Assembly: GCA_964470815.1 (NCBI GenBank)
Contig: CAYYEH010000005.1
Span: 6,073-70,072, forward strand
Length of the DNA: 64,000 nucleotides
Reading direction: 5' to 3'
From: an uncultured Rikenella sp.
Lineage (GTDB): Bacteria; Bacteroidota; Bacteroidia; Bacteroidales; VadinHA17
Shown here: piece by piece, positions 35,779 to 45,558 of the stretch
How positions within the stretch are numbered: position 1 is the first letter of the stretch
Layout of the letters: every line of letters begins with the position of its first letter
The notes under the pieces: generated by a model
What the model was told of the DNA's origin: nothing
Seen by the model: only the letters and a program-made list of their open reading frames with translations
The model's database searches: none
Position numbers and translations under genes: made by a program

Positions 35779-37452
35779 ATGAGAAACAAGAACAGAACCA
35801 GGATACTGCTTGTCACAGCTGTTTTCGTGACAGCACTGCTGACACTCGGGTTTCTGGTCGGAGGCCAGGAAAAGAAGGATTTCAAACTCACCAAAAACCT
35901 TGACATATACATTTCCCTGTTCAGAGAGCTGAACGCCTTTTATGTTGACGAGATAGACCCGGAAAAGCTTGTGCACAGAAGCATAAACAGTATGCTGTCA
36001 ACACTCGATCCGTATACTGTCTTCTATCCCGAGGAGAATACCGGAGACCTTGACTTCATGACAACGGGCAAGTATGGAGGATTTGGATCACTTATCAGAA
36101 AATCAGGTGATTACATTGTAGTAACCAATGTCTACAAGGGCTTCCCGGCAGACAAGAGCGGTATCAGGCCCGGAGACCTGATGATCAGCATTGACGGCAT
36201 TTCCCTGAAGGGGGTGACTACAGACAAGGCATCAGACATGCTTAAGGGAGATCCCGGAACAGAAGCAGAAATAATCATCAGGCGCAACGGGGAGGATATC
36301 CCGAAAAAGCTCAAAAGGGAAAGGATTGCAATTTCAGCGGTACCATATTACGGGATGGTTGATGGAAACACCGGTTACATAAGGTTTACCAACTTCACTC
36401 AGAACTGTATAGCAGAGGTCCGGGAAGCACTGATTGACCTGAAGGATAAACAGGGTGCGGAAGATCTGATCCTTGACCTGCGCAGCAATCCCGGCGGGCT
36501 TGTAAATGAAGCCGTTGAAATTGTCAATCTCTTCGTTAAAGCCGGACAGGAGGTGGTAAGCACCCGCGGAAGGGCAAAGCAATATGATGCGGTATTCCGC
36601 ACAACAAAGAGTCCTGTAGCACCCGACATGCCGGTTGTGGTGCTTATCAACAGGGGTTCAGCATCGGCTTCCGAGATCGTCGCAGGGGCTCTCCAGGACC
36701 TGGACCGCGGCGTTGTCGTGGGTGAAAGGTCTTTCGGCAAGGGGCTTGTCCAGGTCGCCAGGCCGCTGAGCTATAAGGCACAGGTCAAGATGACAACCGC
36801 AAAGTATTACATCCCAAGCGGGAGGTGCATCCAGGCAGTGGATTTCTCTCACCGAAATGAGGACGGAAGCGTGGGGATGATACCCGACTCCCTGACAAAG
36901 ACCTTCAAAACAAGGAATGGCAGGCCCGTGAAGGATGGCGGTGGAATCATCCCGGATGTACCCGTACCGTCGGATATGCTCAACAGGTTCGCCAGTGAGC
37001 TGTATGTTCAGAACATGATCTTCGACTTTGCCACCGGATATTACTGGTCTCACCCCAAACCCTTATCGCCTGACAGCCTGAACATTACGGAAAAAGACCT
37101 GGAACAGTTCAGGGAATTCCTCACTGGAAGAAAGTTTACCTACAAGACTGATTCCGAGGCCGTTTTTGAAGAACTGGCCAGGGTGGCCAGGGAAGAGGGT
37201 CTTTACGAGGAGAACCGTGAAGCGCTGGAAAAACTTAAATCAGGCCTGAGCCATACCCTTGAAAGGGAAATGATGCTGTACCGGGATGATGTGACAGAAC
37301 TGATTTCATCGGAGCTTGCCGGAAGATATTTCTATGACTGGGGCATGGTGCAGTATTCCGTCAGCCGTGACACCCAGATTAAAGAGGCAGTTAACATTGC
37401 AGGCAACCGGGCACGCTATGCATCACTTCTGAAGGCACCGGCAGGTATCTGA
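35779..37452 (+). CDS. S41 family C-terminal processing peptidase with PDZ domain
   Basis: RSNPGGLVNEAV, GSASASEIVAGALQD, KGLVQ, and a PDZ segment GIRPGDLMISIDG. ATG 35779 is preferred (a signal-anchor follows). Confidence 0.85.
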   Translation: MRNKNRTRILLVTAVFVTALLTLGFLVGGQEKKDFKLTKNLDIYISLFRELNAFYVDEIDPEKLVHRSINSMLSTLDPYTVFYPEENTGDLDFMTTGKYGGFGSLIRKSGDYIVVTNVYKGFPADKSGIRPGDLMISIDGISLKGVTTDKASDMLKGDPGTEAEIIIRRNGEDIPKKLKRERIAISAVPYYGMVDGNTGYIRFTNFTQNCIAEVREALIDLKDKQGAEDLILDLRSNPGGLVNEAVEIVNLFVKAGQEVVSTRGRAKQYDAVFRTTKSPVAPDMPVVVLINRGSASASEIVAGALQDLDRGVVVGERSFGKGLVQVARPLSYKAQVKMTTAKYYIPSGRCIQAVDFSHRNEDGSVGMIPDSLTKTFKTRNGRPVKDGGGIIPDVPVPSDMLNRFASELYVQNMIFDFATGYYWSHPKPLSPDSLNITEKDLEQFREFLTGRKFTYKTDSEAVFEELARVAREEGLYEENREALEKLKSGLSHTLEREMMLYRDDVTELISSELAGRYFYDWGMVQYSVSRDTQIKEAVNIAGNRARYASLLKAPAGI

Positions 37453-37480
37453 TATGGTGACGGCTCAGCGGACGCCGTAG

Positions 37481-37882
37481 TCAGTATATCTCCTTTTTCC
37501 AGACAGGCAGTCTCTCCTTGACCATCTCAAGGGTATGGCGGCATGCCCTTGTACCATGATCACGGTGACCCGAAGTAACCATGATGAACAGTGATGCTTC
37601 TCCTGCCCTGACAAGACCTGTCGAATGGACGATGATGACTGATCTGACATCGCTGAAAGCTGACCTGACTGTACGCACAATTTCTTCAGCCTCCTTCACG
37701 GCCATATCATCATATGCAGAATATTCTATGGCCTTAACCCTTTTACCGTCAGTCTCATCGTCGCGCACCCTGCCTACAAAGATTGAAACCGCGCCGGTGC
37801 TTTTATCATCATTCCCCAGCGTCATCAGTTCGGAAATCAGAAGAGGTGTGATTGGCCCCCCTGCCAAATACCTGTTTTTCAT
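37481..37882 (-). CDS. moaE: Molybdopterin synthase catalytic subunit
   Basis: GAVSIFVGRVRD, VHSTGLVRAGEASLFIMVTSGHR, and LPVWKKE. Confidence 0.85.
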   Translation of the reverse strand: MKNRYLAGGPITPLLISELMTLGNDDKSTGAVSIFVGRVRDDETDGKRVKAIEYSAYDDMAVKEAEEIVRTVRSAFSDVRSVIIVHSTGLVRAGEASLFIMVTSGHRDHGTRACRHTLEMVKERLPVWKKEIY

Positions 37883-37899
37883 TTGCGGTAGTAAATGGT

Positions 37900-38136
37900 T
37901 TAGCCCCCCTGGAACGGAGGGAGAATAGCAATTATATCATTTTTTTCAAGGTCTGTGTCCACTTTCAGGAGAGTCCGGTTCAACGCCATTCTGAACGGGA
38001 TATTGGAAAGTGACGGATATTTGCCTGTAATGATTCTGCGAAGTGATGCCGTATCTCCGGCCCTGATTGTCTCCTCAGTTTTTCCCGTAGCATCCTGAGC
38101 TGCTCCGAAGAAGAGGACCTTAACTTCTGCTTCCAT
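37900..38136 (-). CDS. moaD: MoaD/ThiS family sulfur-carrier protein
   Basis: 78 aa with a ubiquitin-like fold pattern, ending ...ILPPFQGG (C-terminal Gly-Gly). Confidence 0.8.
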   Translation of the reverse strand: MEAEVKVLFFGAAQDATGKTEETIRAGDTASLRRIITGKYPSLSNIPFRMALNRTLLKVDTDLEKNDIIAILPPFQGG

Positions 38137-38138
38137 GG

Positions 38139-41000
38139 TCAGTGAGCCTCCAGCCAGTTATATCCCGTACCTGTATCCACCTCGAGGGGCACCTTCAGCA
38201 GGGCTGCTCCCTTCATCTCTTCCCTTACCAGTGATGCCAGCCTGTCAACCTGTCCGGCATCTGCTTCGAATATCAGTTCGTCATGCACCTGCAAAATCAT
38301 TTTTGCCCGGGGCATTTCCTGCTCAAGTCTTGCTGCTATTTTCACCATGGCTATCTTAATGATATCAGCGGCGCTGCCCTGGATTGGCGCATTGATTGCG
38401 TTTCGCTCTGCATTTCCCCTTACCACCTGGTTCCTTGAGTGTATGTCAGGAAGATAGCGTCTGCGCCCGAACATGGTGGTGACATAACCCTGCTCCCTGG
38501 CCCTGCGTATGCTTTCATCCATATAAGCCTTAACCCCCGGATAGGAGCTGAAGTACCCGTCAATGAGCTCCCTGGCTTCTTTCCGGCCTATTGTCAGTCG
38601 TTCTGAAAGTCCGAAAGCCGAAATACCGTAGATAATGCCAAAGTTGGCGGTTTTTGCCCTGGCGCGCATTTCGCGGGTCACCTCCTTAAGCGGCACCCCG
38701 AAAATCTTGGAGGCTGTGGCAGAGTGAATGTCATGACCCGAGAGAAAGTCAGAGATCATTGAACTGTCGCCGCTGAGATGTGCCATGAGCCTCAGTTCAA
38801 TCTGCGAATAATCAGCGCTCAGAAAGATCTTACCTTCAGCAGGTATGAAAGCCTTGCGTATCTCCCGCCCCTCGGCATCACGTACCGGTATGTTCTGAAG
38901 GTTCGGGTTGGTGGAGCTGAGCCTGCCCGTGGAGGCTACCGCCTGGTTGTAAGTGGTATGTATCCTGCCTGTCCTTGGATCAATAAGCTGCGGAAGAGCT
39001 TCGACATAGGTAGAAAGAAGTTTTTTCAGGCCCCGGTAGTCAAGCACCTTACCGATAATCGGGTGTTTGCCCGAAAGGCGTTGAAGCACCTCCTCATCGG
39101 TGCGGTATTGCTTCGTACGCGTGAGCCTTGCGTTATCGTCGAGCCGGAGCCTTACAAAGAGTATGTCACCCAGCTGTTTGGGTGAGGAGATATTGAACTC
39201 GTGTCCTGCAAGAGAATATATCTCCTGCTCGAGTCTGATGATCATCTCCCGGAGAGTTATGGCATAGTTTTTAAGGACATTTTCATCTATCAGTACTCCC
39301 TCCCTTTCCATGGCGGCCAGGACCCTTATGAGCGGCATTTCTATTTCTGCGGCAAGCCGGTCAAGTTCACGGCTGATGAGCAATGGCTCAAAGTGTTTCA
39401 TCAGCTGCCAGGTCACGTCGGTATCCTCAACTGCATATTCCTTCACCCTCTCCCTGTCAACATCCCTCATCGTCTTTTGCCTCGGCCCTCTTTCACCAAT
39501 GAGTTCCTCGATATGCACCGGCTCATATCCGAGATACTGTGCGGAGAGCAGGTCCATGTTGTGGCGCATGTCAGGCTCCAGGAGATAATGGGCGAGCATG
39601 GTGTCAAAAAGTGGCCCTCTTACTTTAATGCCATAACGGGTAAGCACCTGGATGTCAAATTTCAGGTTCTGCCCGGTCTTCCTTATTTTTTCGCTTTCAA
39701 AAACCGGCCGGAGCGGTTCCAGAAGTTTCATAACGGTTTCTCCCGAGGGCGGAAGCCAGAGCATGGTTCCTGCACCCTTCTCCCATGAGAATGCTATTGA
39801 TACAAGCTCGGCATTGAGCGGATTAAGCGAATTTGTTTCGGTGTCAAAACAGAAATCGGTCAGTTGCATCAGCCTTTCAGCCAGCTTAACGCACTCTTCC
39901 TCCGTCTCTATGAGGATGTATTTATGTGGTGTGTTTCCGATGTTTGCGGTTGTGGTGCCGGCCGGATATACCATCCCGCCAAAGAGTGATCCTTGTGATT
40001 CAGTTGCGGGCTGCCGGGAGGAAGAGCCGGATGCAACGGTACCGGTTGTTCCGGCAGCCGTCAGAACCTGATGGCCCGTGACGGTCTGCTGGTCTGAGCC
40101 TGACAGCTGAACAGCCTCAGCAACGGGCAGCCGTGACGCCATGGTGCGGAATTCAAGCTCTTCATAAAGGCTGCGCAGCGCCATCGTATCAGCGACCTGC
40201 CTGTGCAGTTCAGCATGCCTGAACTCCACCGGCACATCCTGCTCAATTGTTGCAAGCCTTTTGGAAAGCAGTATCTGATCCCTGTTCTGCTCAATAATAT
40301 CCTTTTGCCGGCCCTGCAGCTCCGATGTGCGGGTAACGAGGTTCTCGATGCTCCCGTGCTCGCTGATGAGCTTACAGGCTGTTTTAGGGCCTATTCCCGG
40401 TGCACCCGGTATATTGTCGGATGTATCTCCCATCAGGCCCAGAAGGTCTGTGATGTTTTCCGGCGGCACACCATACTCCCTGACTATTTCTTCCCTTCCC
40501 CATATTTCCGCCTCACCCCCTGACCGCCCGGGCCTGTACATCACAACATTATCAGTAACCAGCTGTGCAAAATCCTTGTCCGGAGTCATCATAAAGGCTC
40601 TGTAACCCTGTTCTGCCGCTTTCCGGGCAAGGGTGCCGATCACATCATCAGCCTCATACCCGGGCACCTCAATGACCGGTATCCGGAAAGCCTCAAGGAG
40701 CCTTTTAATAAATGGGACAGCAATCTTAATGTCCTCCGGCGTGGCATCGCGGTTTGCCTTGTAGGCAGGGTAGATCTCATTCCTGAAGGTGGGACCCGGC
40801 GGGTCAAAGACAACGGCTATATGTGAAGGCTTCTGCTTGGAAAGCAGATCCTCGAGGGTGAGCAGGAAGCCAAATACAGCAGAGGTATTCATCCCCTTGC
40901 TTGTTACGCGAGGATTCCTGATAAATGCATAGTATGACCTGAAGATCAATGCATAGGCATCAAGCAGGAAAAGTCTCTTATCGTTGTCCGGATCTGTCAC
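38139..41000 (-). CDS. polA: DNA polymerase I
   Basis: 953 aa with a 5'-3' exonuclease N-terminus (FLLDAYALIFRSYYA), a 3'-5' exonuclease domain, and a pol domain (DYSQIELRLMAH, QVHDELIFE). Confidence 0.95.
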   Translation of the reverse strand: MTDPDNDKRLFLLDAYALIFRSYYAFIRNPRVTSKGMNTSAVFGFLLTLEDLLSKQKPSHIAVVFDPPGPTFRNEIYPAYKANRDATPEDIKIAVPFIKRLLEAFRIPVIEVPGYEADDVIGTLARKAAEQGYRAFMMTPDKDFAQLVTDNVVMYRPGRSGGEAEIWGREEIVREYGVPPENITDLLGLMGDTSDNIPGAPGIGPKTACKLISEHGSIENLVTRTSELQGRQKDIIEQNRDQILLSKRLATIEQDVPVEFRHAELHRQVADTMALRSLYEELEFRTMASRLPVAEAVQLSGSDQQTVTGHQVLTAAGTTGTVASGSSSRQPATESQGSLFGGMVYPAGTTTANIGNTPHKYILIETEEECVKLAERLMQLTDFCFDTETNSLNPLNAELVSIAFSWEKGAGTMLWLPPSGETVMKLLEPLRPVFESEKIRKTGQNLKFDIQVLTRYGIKVRGPLFDTMLAHYLLEPDMRHNMDLLSAQYLGYEPVHIEELIGERGPRQKTMRDVDRERVKEYAVEDTDVTWQLMKHFEPLLISRELDRLAAEIEMPLIRVLAAMEREGVLIDENVLKNYAITLREMIIRLEQEIYSLAGHEFNISSPKQLGDILFVRLRLDDNARLTRTKQYRTDEEVLQRLSGKHPIIGKVLDYRGLKKLLSTYVEALPQLIDPRTGRIHTTYNQAVASTGRLSSTNPNLQNIPVRDAEGREIRKAFIPAEGKIFLSADYSQIELRLMAHLSGDSSMISDFLSGHDIHSATASKIFGVPLKEVTREMRARAKTANFGIIYGISAFGLSERLTIGRKEARELIDGYFSSYPGVKAYMDESIRRAREQGYVTTMFGRRRYLPDIHSRNQVVRGNAERNAINAPIQGSAADIIKIAMVKIAARLEQEMPRAKMILQVHDELIFEADAGQVDRLASLVREEMKGAALLKVPLEVDTGTGYNWLEAH

Positions 41001-41446
41001 CTGTTATCGGATGCATGCCACTCGGCGTAAGCAGTGGCTGTTTCATATAATTTTACACTGTGAAGAAATGACCCTTCCGGGGCCATGGAGCTCAGCGTGG
41101 CTGCTATGTCTGCCACCAGGTTCTCACATGTTGGCTGCCAGGGAGATACGATGACATTTCCGAAATGCTGCCTGTAACGTTCCACAATTTCAGCCGGAGC
41201 CTGACCTGAAACCATCAGGGCATGATCAAACCGGTTTACAACACTTTCCCGGACTATCTTTTTAAGATCCCCGAAATCCATCACCATGCCGTTTCGGGGA
41301 TTATCCGGGTCATCCTTGGGCTCCCCGGCAAAAGTCACATAGAGGATGTAGGAGTGTCCATGCACGTTCCTGCACGGACCATCATAGTTCCACAGGGCAT
41401 GTGCCATCTCGAAACGGAATTCCTTTGTTACCCTGATCAGTGCCAT
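40997..41446 (-). CDS. queD: 6-carboxy-5,6,7,8-tetrahydropterin synthase
   Basis: FRFEMAHAL...CRNVHGHSY. It has a 4-nt overlap with the polA start. Confidence 0.85.
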   Translation of the reverse strand: MALIRVTKEFRFEMAHALWNYDGPCRNVHGHSYILYVTFAGEPKDDPDNPRNGMVMDFGDLKKIVRESVVNRFDHALMVSGQAPAEIVERYRQHFGNVIVSPWQPTCENLVADIAATLSSMAPEGSFLHSVKLYETATAYAEWHASDNR

Positions 41447-41560
41447 CTGTCCAACTCTTTGGTATCCGCAAAAATAAACTATTTAGACTGATTTTTGTTT
41501 ACCGGGATATTTCTGAATGATATTTGCACGTTTACATGTCATACATAATTGATTTAACCT

Positions 41561-41568
41561 TATCTTTG
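41561..41568 (+). promoter_or_regulatory. Bacteroidota -7 promoter box candidate
   Basis: TATCTTTG is an exact TAnnTTTG match, 22 nt upstream of the ATG at 41590. Confidence 0.3.
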
Positions 41569-41589
41569 CGCCCAATACATTCATAGCCA

Positions 41590-43230
41590 ATGAATAATAA
41601 CGAGATGTTGACTATCCCATTCCTTGCCGGAGAGAGCTTCAGGAGACACGGAAAGAACAGGGCAATGGGTTTTGTGGGAGAGGAAGTTATTACCTACAAC
41701 CAGCTGAAGGAGAAAACAGAGTCAGTGATGAGACTCCTGGAAGATCTGTCGGTACAACCGGGAGACAGGGTGGCCATATTGAGTACCAGCATGCCCAACT
41801 GGGGCGTCACATACCTGGCAATAACATCAATGGGTGCTGTTGCGGTGCCGATACTTCCCGACTTTACGACGGGAGAAATTGCAAATGTTCTCAACCATTC
41901 AGGAGCAAAAGTCCTGTTTGTCTCCGGAAGTCTTGTCCACAAGATAGAGATGTTCAGGTCAGAAAACCTTGAGACCGTGATCTCAATTGACGATTTCCTT
42001 GTCATGCGCGGAGGCAACGGGAAAAGCTTTGTTTCCGGAACCGTTCCTGCCAGGGAATACATCGTGAGCGGGGAGGACCTTGCAGTTATAATCTATACAT
42101 CAGGCACAACCGGCAAATCAAAGGGTGTGATGCTCACCCACAAAAACATCTGCTTTACCGCAAGGCAGGTAATGACCATTCAGCATGTGGTCGAGAGTGA
42201 TGTTTTCCTTTCAATACTTCCGCTTTCGCACACCTATGAGCAGACGCTGGGCCTTGTGCTTCCCCTCTTTAACGGCGCAATGATATGGTATCTGCGCAAG
42301 GCGCCGACACCCTCGGTTCTGCTGCCTGCCCTGAAGGAGGTGAGACCTACCACCATGCTGACCGTGCCATTGATTATGGAGAAGATCTATTTCGGAAAGG
42401 TTGCTCCCAAATTCAACAAGAGCAAATTCATGTCAATGCTTTACGGCACCCCATTGTTCCGCCGTTTCTTCAACAGGCTTGCCGGAAAGAAGATATACAA
42501 AGCCTTCGGCGGTCGTCTCCGTTTCTTCGGTATAGGCGGCGCAAAACTCAACCCTACCGTTGAACAGTTCCTTCTTGATGCAAAATTCCCCTATGCCATT
42601 GGTTATGGCCTTACCGAAACTTCTCCCCTGCTTGCTGGCACAAAAGTCGGCTCATCAAAGCTTGGCTCAACCGGCCCGGCAATGGAGGGTGTAACCCTCC
42701 TTATCAGCAATCCTGACCCGGTGACGGGTGAGGGCGAGATATGGGCCAGAGGCGAAAACGTAATGAAAGGGTATTATATGGAGCCGGCCATGACCGCTGA
42801 GGTGATGACCCCTGACGGGTGGTTCAGGACGGGCGATCTCGGACACATTGACAAAAACAACTACCTGAGCATCAGGGGAAGACTGAAGAATATGATCGTC
42901 GGATCCAGCGGAGAAAACATTTACCCGGAAGAGATTGAATCAGTAATCAACGACTTCGGACATGTGATAGAATCACTGGTGGTTCAGAAAAAGGGAAAGC
43001 TGGTAGCCATGGTTCACATCAACCTCGAGGAGCTGCAGGCAAAATACGCCCAGATGAAGAAGGATTTCACGGATCAGGCCGAACAGATCATCAATGAGTA
43101 TCTTGAAGAGCTCCAGAGATATGTCAACTCAAAGGTTAACCGTTACAGCCAGCTTCAGATGGTGGTTTACCATCCTGAGCCGTTCCAGAAGACAGCAACA
43201 CTGAAGATCAAGAGATTCCTCTATTACTGA
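41590..43230 (+). CDS. AMP-dependent synthetase / long-chain-fatty-acid--CoA ligase
   Basis: YTSGTTGKSKGV, GYGLTETS, and TGDLG...GRLKNM. Confidence 0.85.
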   Translation: MNNNEMLTIPFLAGESFRRHGKNRAMGFVGEEVITYNQLKEKTESVMRLLEDLSVQPGDRVAILSTSMPNWGVTYLAITSMGAVAVPILPDFTTGEIANVLNHSGAKVLFVSGSLVHKIEMFRSENLETVISIDDFLVMRGGNGKSFVSGTVPAREYIVSGEDLAVIIYTSGTTGKSKGVMLTHKNICFTARQVMTIQHVVESDVFLSILPLSHTYEQTLGLVLPLFNGAMIWYLRKAPTPSVLLPALKEVRPTTMLTVPLIMEKIYFGKVAPKFNKSKFMSMLYGTPLFRRFFNRLAGKKIYKAFGGRLRFFGIGGAKLNPTVEQFLLDAKFPYAIGYGLTETSPLLAGTKVGSSKLGSTGPAMEGVTLLISNPDPVTGEGEIWARGENVMKGYYMEPAMTAEVMTPDGWFRTGDLGHIDKNNYLSIRGRLKNMIVGSSGENIYPEEIESVINDFGHVIESLVVQKKGKLVAMVHINLEELQAKYAQMKKDFTDQAEQIINEYLEELQRYVNSKVNRYSQLQMVVYHPEPFQKTATLKIKRFLYY

Positions 43231-43324
43231 TGCCTTTACCACTGATCAGCAGGAAGAGCAGGTACCGGTATTTAAATGAGGTAATTACTGATTTTTTGCT
43301 ATTTTGCGGCCAAAATAAATCCTG

Positions 43325-43933
43325 ATGTCAAACCGGTCAAAAGCACTTTTTCTCATTTTTTCAATCCTGATTGTTGATCAGATTGTCAAGTTCATCATCA
43401 AAACCAATATGGTTATCGGGGAGGAAATCCCTGTCATCGGAAACTGGTTCCGGATACATTTCCTTGAGAACAACGGAATGGCCTTTGGCATGGAATGGGG
43501 CGGAAAAACAGGCAAGGTGGCCCTTTCGGTTTTCCGAATGATAGCAATTGCAGGAATTGCCTGGTATCTGAACAGCATCATAAAAAAGAATGCTCATACC
43601 GGCCTGATTCTTTCGGTAAGCGCTATAATTGCAGGTGCTGCGGGTAACCTCATAGACAGTGCTTTCTACGGGATGATCTTCAGCGAGAGCTGGCATACCC
43701 CGGCCGTTCTGTTCCCTGAGGGTGGCGGTTATTCTTCCTTCCTTCACGGCAGAGTTGTTGACATGCTTTATTTCCCTGTGATTGACACTCATTGGCCCGA
43801 CTGGTCTCCCATAAGACCCGGGCAATCATTCATTTTCTTCAGGCCGGTCTTTAACCTTGCTGATACCTCGATAACCACAGGAGTGCTTGCAATTCTGATC
43901 TTCCAGAAGAAGTTCCTGGAAGAGAAGAAGTGA
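43325..43933 (+). CDS. lspA: Lipoprotein signal peptidase (signal peptidase II)
   Basis: Four TM helices, with NNGMAFG and FNLADTSIT motifs. Confidence 0.85.
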   Translation: MSNRSKALFLIFSILIVDQIVKFIIKTNMVIGEEIPVIGNWFRIHFLENNGMAFGMEWGGKTGKVALSVFRMIAIAGIAWYLNSIIKKNAHTGLILSVSAIIAGAAGNLIDSAFYGMIFSESWHTPAVLFPEGGGYSSFLHGRVVDMLYFPVIDTHWPDWSPIRPGQSFIFFRPVFNLADTSITTGVLAILIFQKKFLEEKK

Positions 43934-44034
43934 TCAACAGTTGTTTTTTCGGGCAGTAAACCGGCAACCTGCTGCAGGGGAACATTTTGTTCTGCATTTT
44001 GTCATTTTTTTGGTATTTTTACCTGTTCCAGGGA

Positions 44035-45009
44035 ATGGCAGGACTATCAGACATAAAGAAACCGGTGGCAGCAGAAATGCGCGATTTTGAAGCATACTTC
44101 AGACGCACACTTCACAGCGACATACCCTTCTTTCATGTTATCCTGAACAATTTCCTGCGCCGCAAAGGGAAGCAGATGAGACCCCTCCTGGTCTTTCTCA
44201 CTGCCAGGCTCAACGGAACGGTGAATGAAACCACATTTGTTGCCGCCACCTTCATTGAACTGCTGCACACCGCTACCCTTGTCCATGACGATGTGGTCGA
44301 CGATGCCTCGGAAAGACGCGGACTGCCGACTATCAATGTGCTTTATAACTCAAAAATAGCCGTGCTTGTGGGCGACTACCTCCTGGCCCAGGGACTGCTT
44401 ATCAGCGTTGAAAAGCAAAGATTCAACATGCTGGGCATCGTCTCAGATGCGGTAAGGGAGATAGTGAAGGGAGAGCTGGTTCAGCTTCAGAAAACACGCA
44501 AACTGGACATCAGGGAAGAAGACTACTTCCGCATCATCAGAATGAAGACCGCTGCCCTGATTTCAGCATGCACTGCGTGCGGTGCAAGCTCGGTTACCGA
44601 TGACCCGGTTATTATTGCCAGGATGAAGGAACTGGGGGAAAACATCGGCGTTGCATTCCAGATAAAGGATGACCTGCTGGACTATACCGGCGACGGACTG
44701 ACAGGGAAAAGAGAAGGCAATGACATCAAGGAGAAGAAAATCACCCTCCCGCTGATACATGCACTCAGGGAGGCCGGGCCCCTTGAAAGGCGCCATATCA
44801 TCAGGCTGCTGAGAAGAAAAAAGAAGGGAACCAGGGAAATCAGGGAAGTGATTGAGTTTGTGAAAAAACACAAGGGGCTTGAGTATGCCGAATCAAAGAT
44901 GCAGGAATACTCTGACAGGGCAATCCGGATCCTGGAAGAGTACCCTGACTCGGAAACAAAATCAGCATTGATCGAATTTGTAATTTTTTCAACACTCAGA
45001 AGAAAATGA
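44035..45009 (+). CDS. Polyprenyl diphosphate synthase (trans-IPPS, long-chain type)
   Basis: The first and second Asp-rich motifs are LVHDDVVDD and FQIKDDLLDY. ATG 44035 is preferred over TTG 43987. Confidence 0.85.
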   Translation: MAGLSDIKKPVAAEMRDFEAYFRRTLHSDIPFFHVILNNFLRRKGKQMRPLLVFLTARLNGTVNETTFVAATFIELLHTATLVHDDVVDDASERRGLPTINVLYNSKIAVLVGDYLLAQGLLISVEKQRFNMLGIVSDAVREIVKGELVQLQKTRKLDIREEDYFRIIRMKTAALISACTACGASSVTDDPVIIARMKELGENIGVAFQIKDDLLDYTGDGLTGKREGNDIKEKKITLPLIHALREAGPLERRHIIRLLRRKKKGTREIREVIEFVKKHKGLEYAESKMQEYSDRAIRILEEYPDSETKSALIEFVIFSTLRRK

Positions 45010-45446
45010 AAGATGTAAGCCGCTTTCTCACGCTGGGCACCTATGCCATAGCCGGTGTCTCAAGAGATCCCAAGAAGTTCGGGCAGGTCATATTCAGAGA
45101 CCTGCGTAAAAAAGGGATGGATGTGGTACCCGTCAATCCCGCCGCCGAAACCATCGACGGAGTCAGATGCTACAGTTCAGTCCGGGAACTGCCGGAAAGT
45201 ATCAGGGGGGTCATATTCATGACACCAAAGGAGGAGACCCTCTCAGTGGCAAAGGAGGCAATTGCCCATGGAATTAAAGATCTATGGATACAGCAGGGTG
45301 CAGAAACAAAACAGACAATTGCCGAACTCGAAAAAGAAGATGTCAACCTGATCCACAACCAGTGCATCATGATGTACTGGAAACCGAACGGGATCCATTC
45401 ATTTCACCGTTTCCTGAAGAAAATCTTCGGTGGACTGCCCGCCTGA
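45006..45446 (+). CDS. CoA-binding domain protein
   Basis: YAIAGVSRDPKKFG...VVPVNP is a typical CoA_binding_2 N-terminus. It has a 4-nt overlap with the upstream gene. Confidence 0.75.
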   Translation: MKDVSRFLTLGTYAIAGVSRDPKKFGQVIFRDLRKKGMDVVPVNPAAETIDGVRCYSSVRELPESIRGVIFMTPKEETLSVAKEAIAHGIKDLWIQQGAETKQTIAELEKEDVNLIHNQCIMMYWKPNGIHSFHRFLKKIFGGLPA

Positions 45447-45539
45447 CGGCAAATTTTCGATTCTCACGAAGTCTATGGTGCAGGTAACACGTTCTTACCT
45501 ACTGTATTTCTGCATCTTATGATGTCGGAAACACAAAAC

Positions 45540-45555
45540 TGTTCCACGTGGAAAG
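45540..45555. other. parS-like ParB-binding site (14/16 palindromic)
   Basis: TGTTCCACGTGGAAAG. Its first 14 nt are identical to the site at 49376. It is intergenic, 3 nt beyond the uvrC stop. Confidence 0.6.
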
Positions 45556-45558
45556 AAA

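Noticed and set aside
37481-38136. moaD-moaE without moaA/B/C, packed 2 nt from the polA stop, as something unusual.
   Set aside because: Both proteins have canonical motifs (C-terminal GG; MoaE signature). Split moa loci are common, and nothing in the sequence suggests a novel role.
41447-41589. preQ1 riboswitch upstream of queD.
   Set aside because: The A-rich CCCGGTAAACAAAAATCAG segment lacks a complementary 5' P1 strand and the conserved preQ1-I loop, so there is no support.
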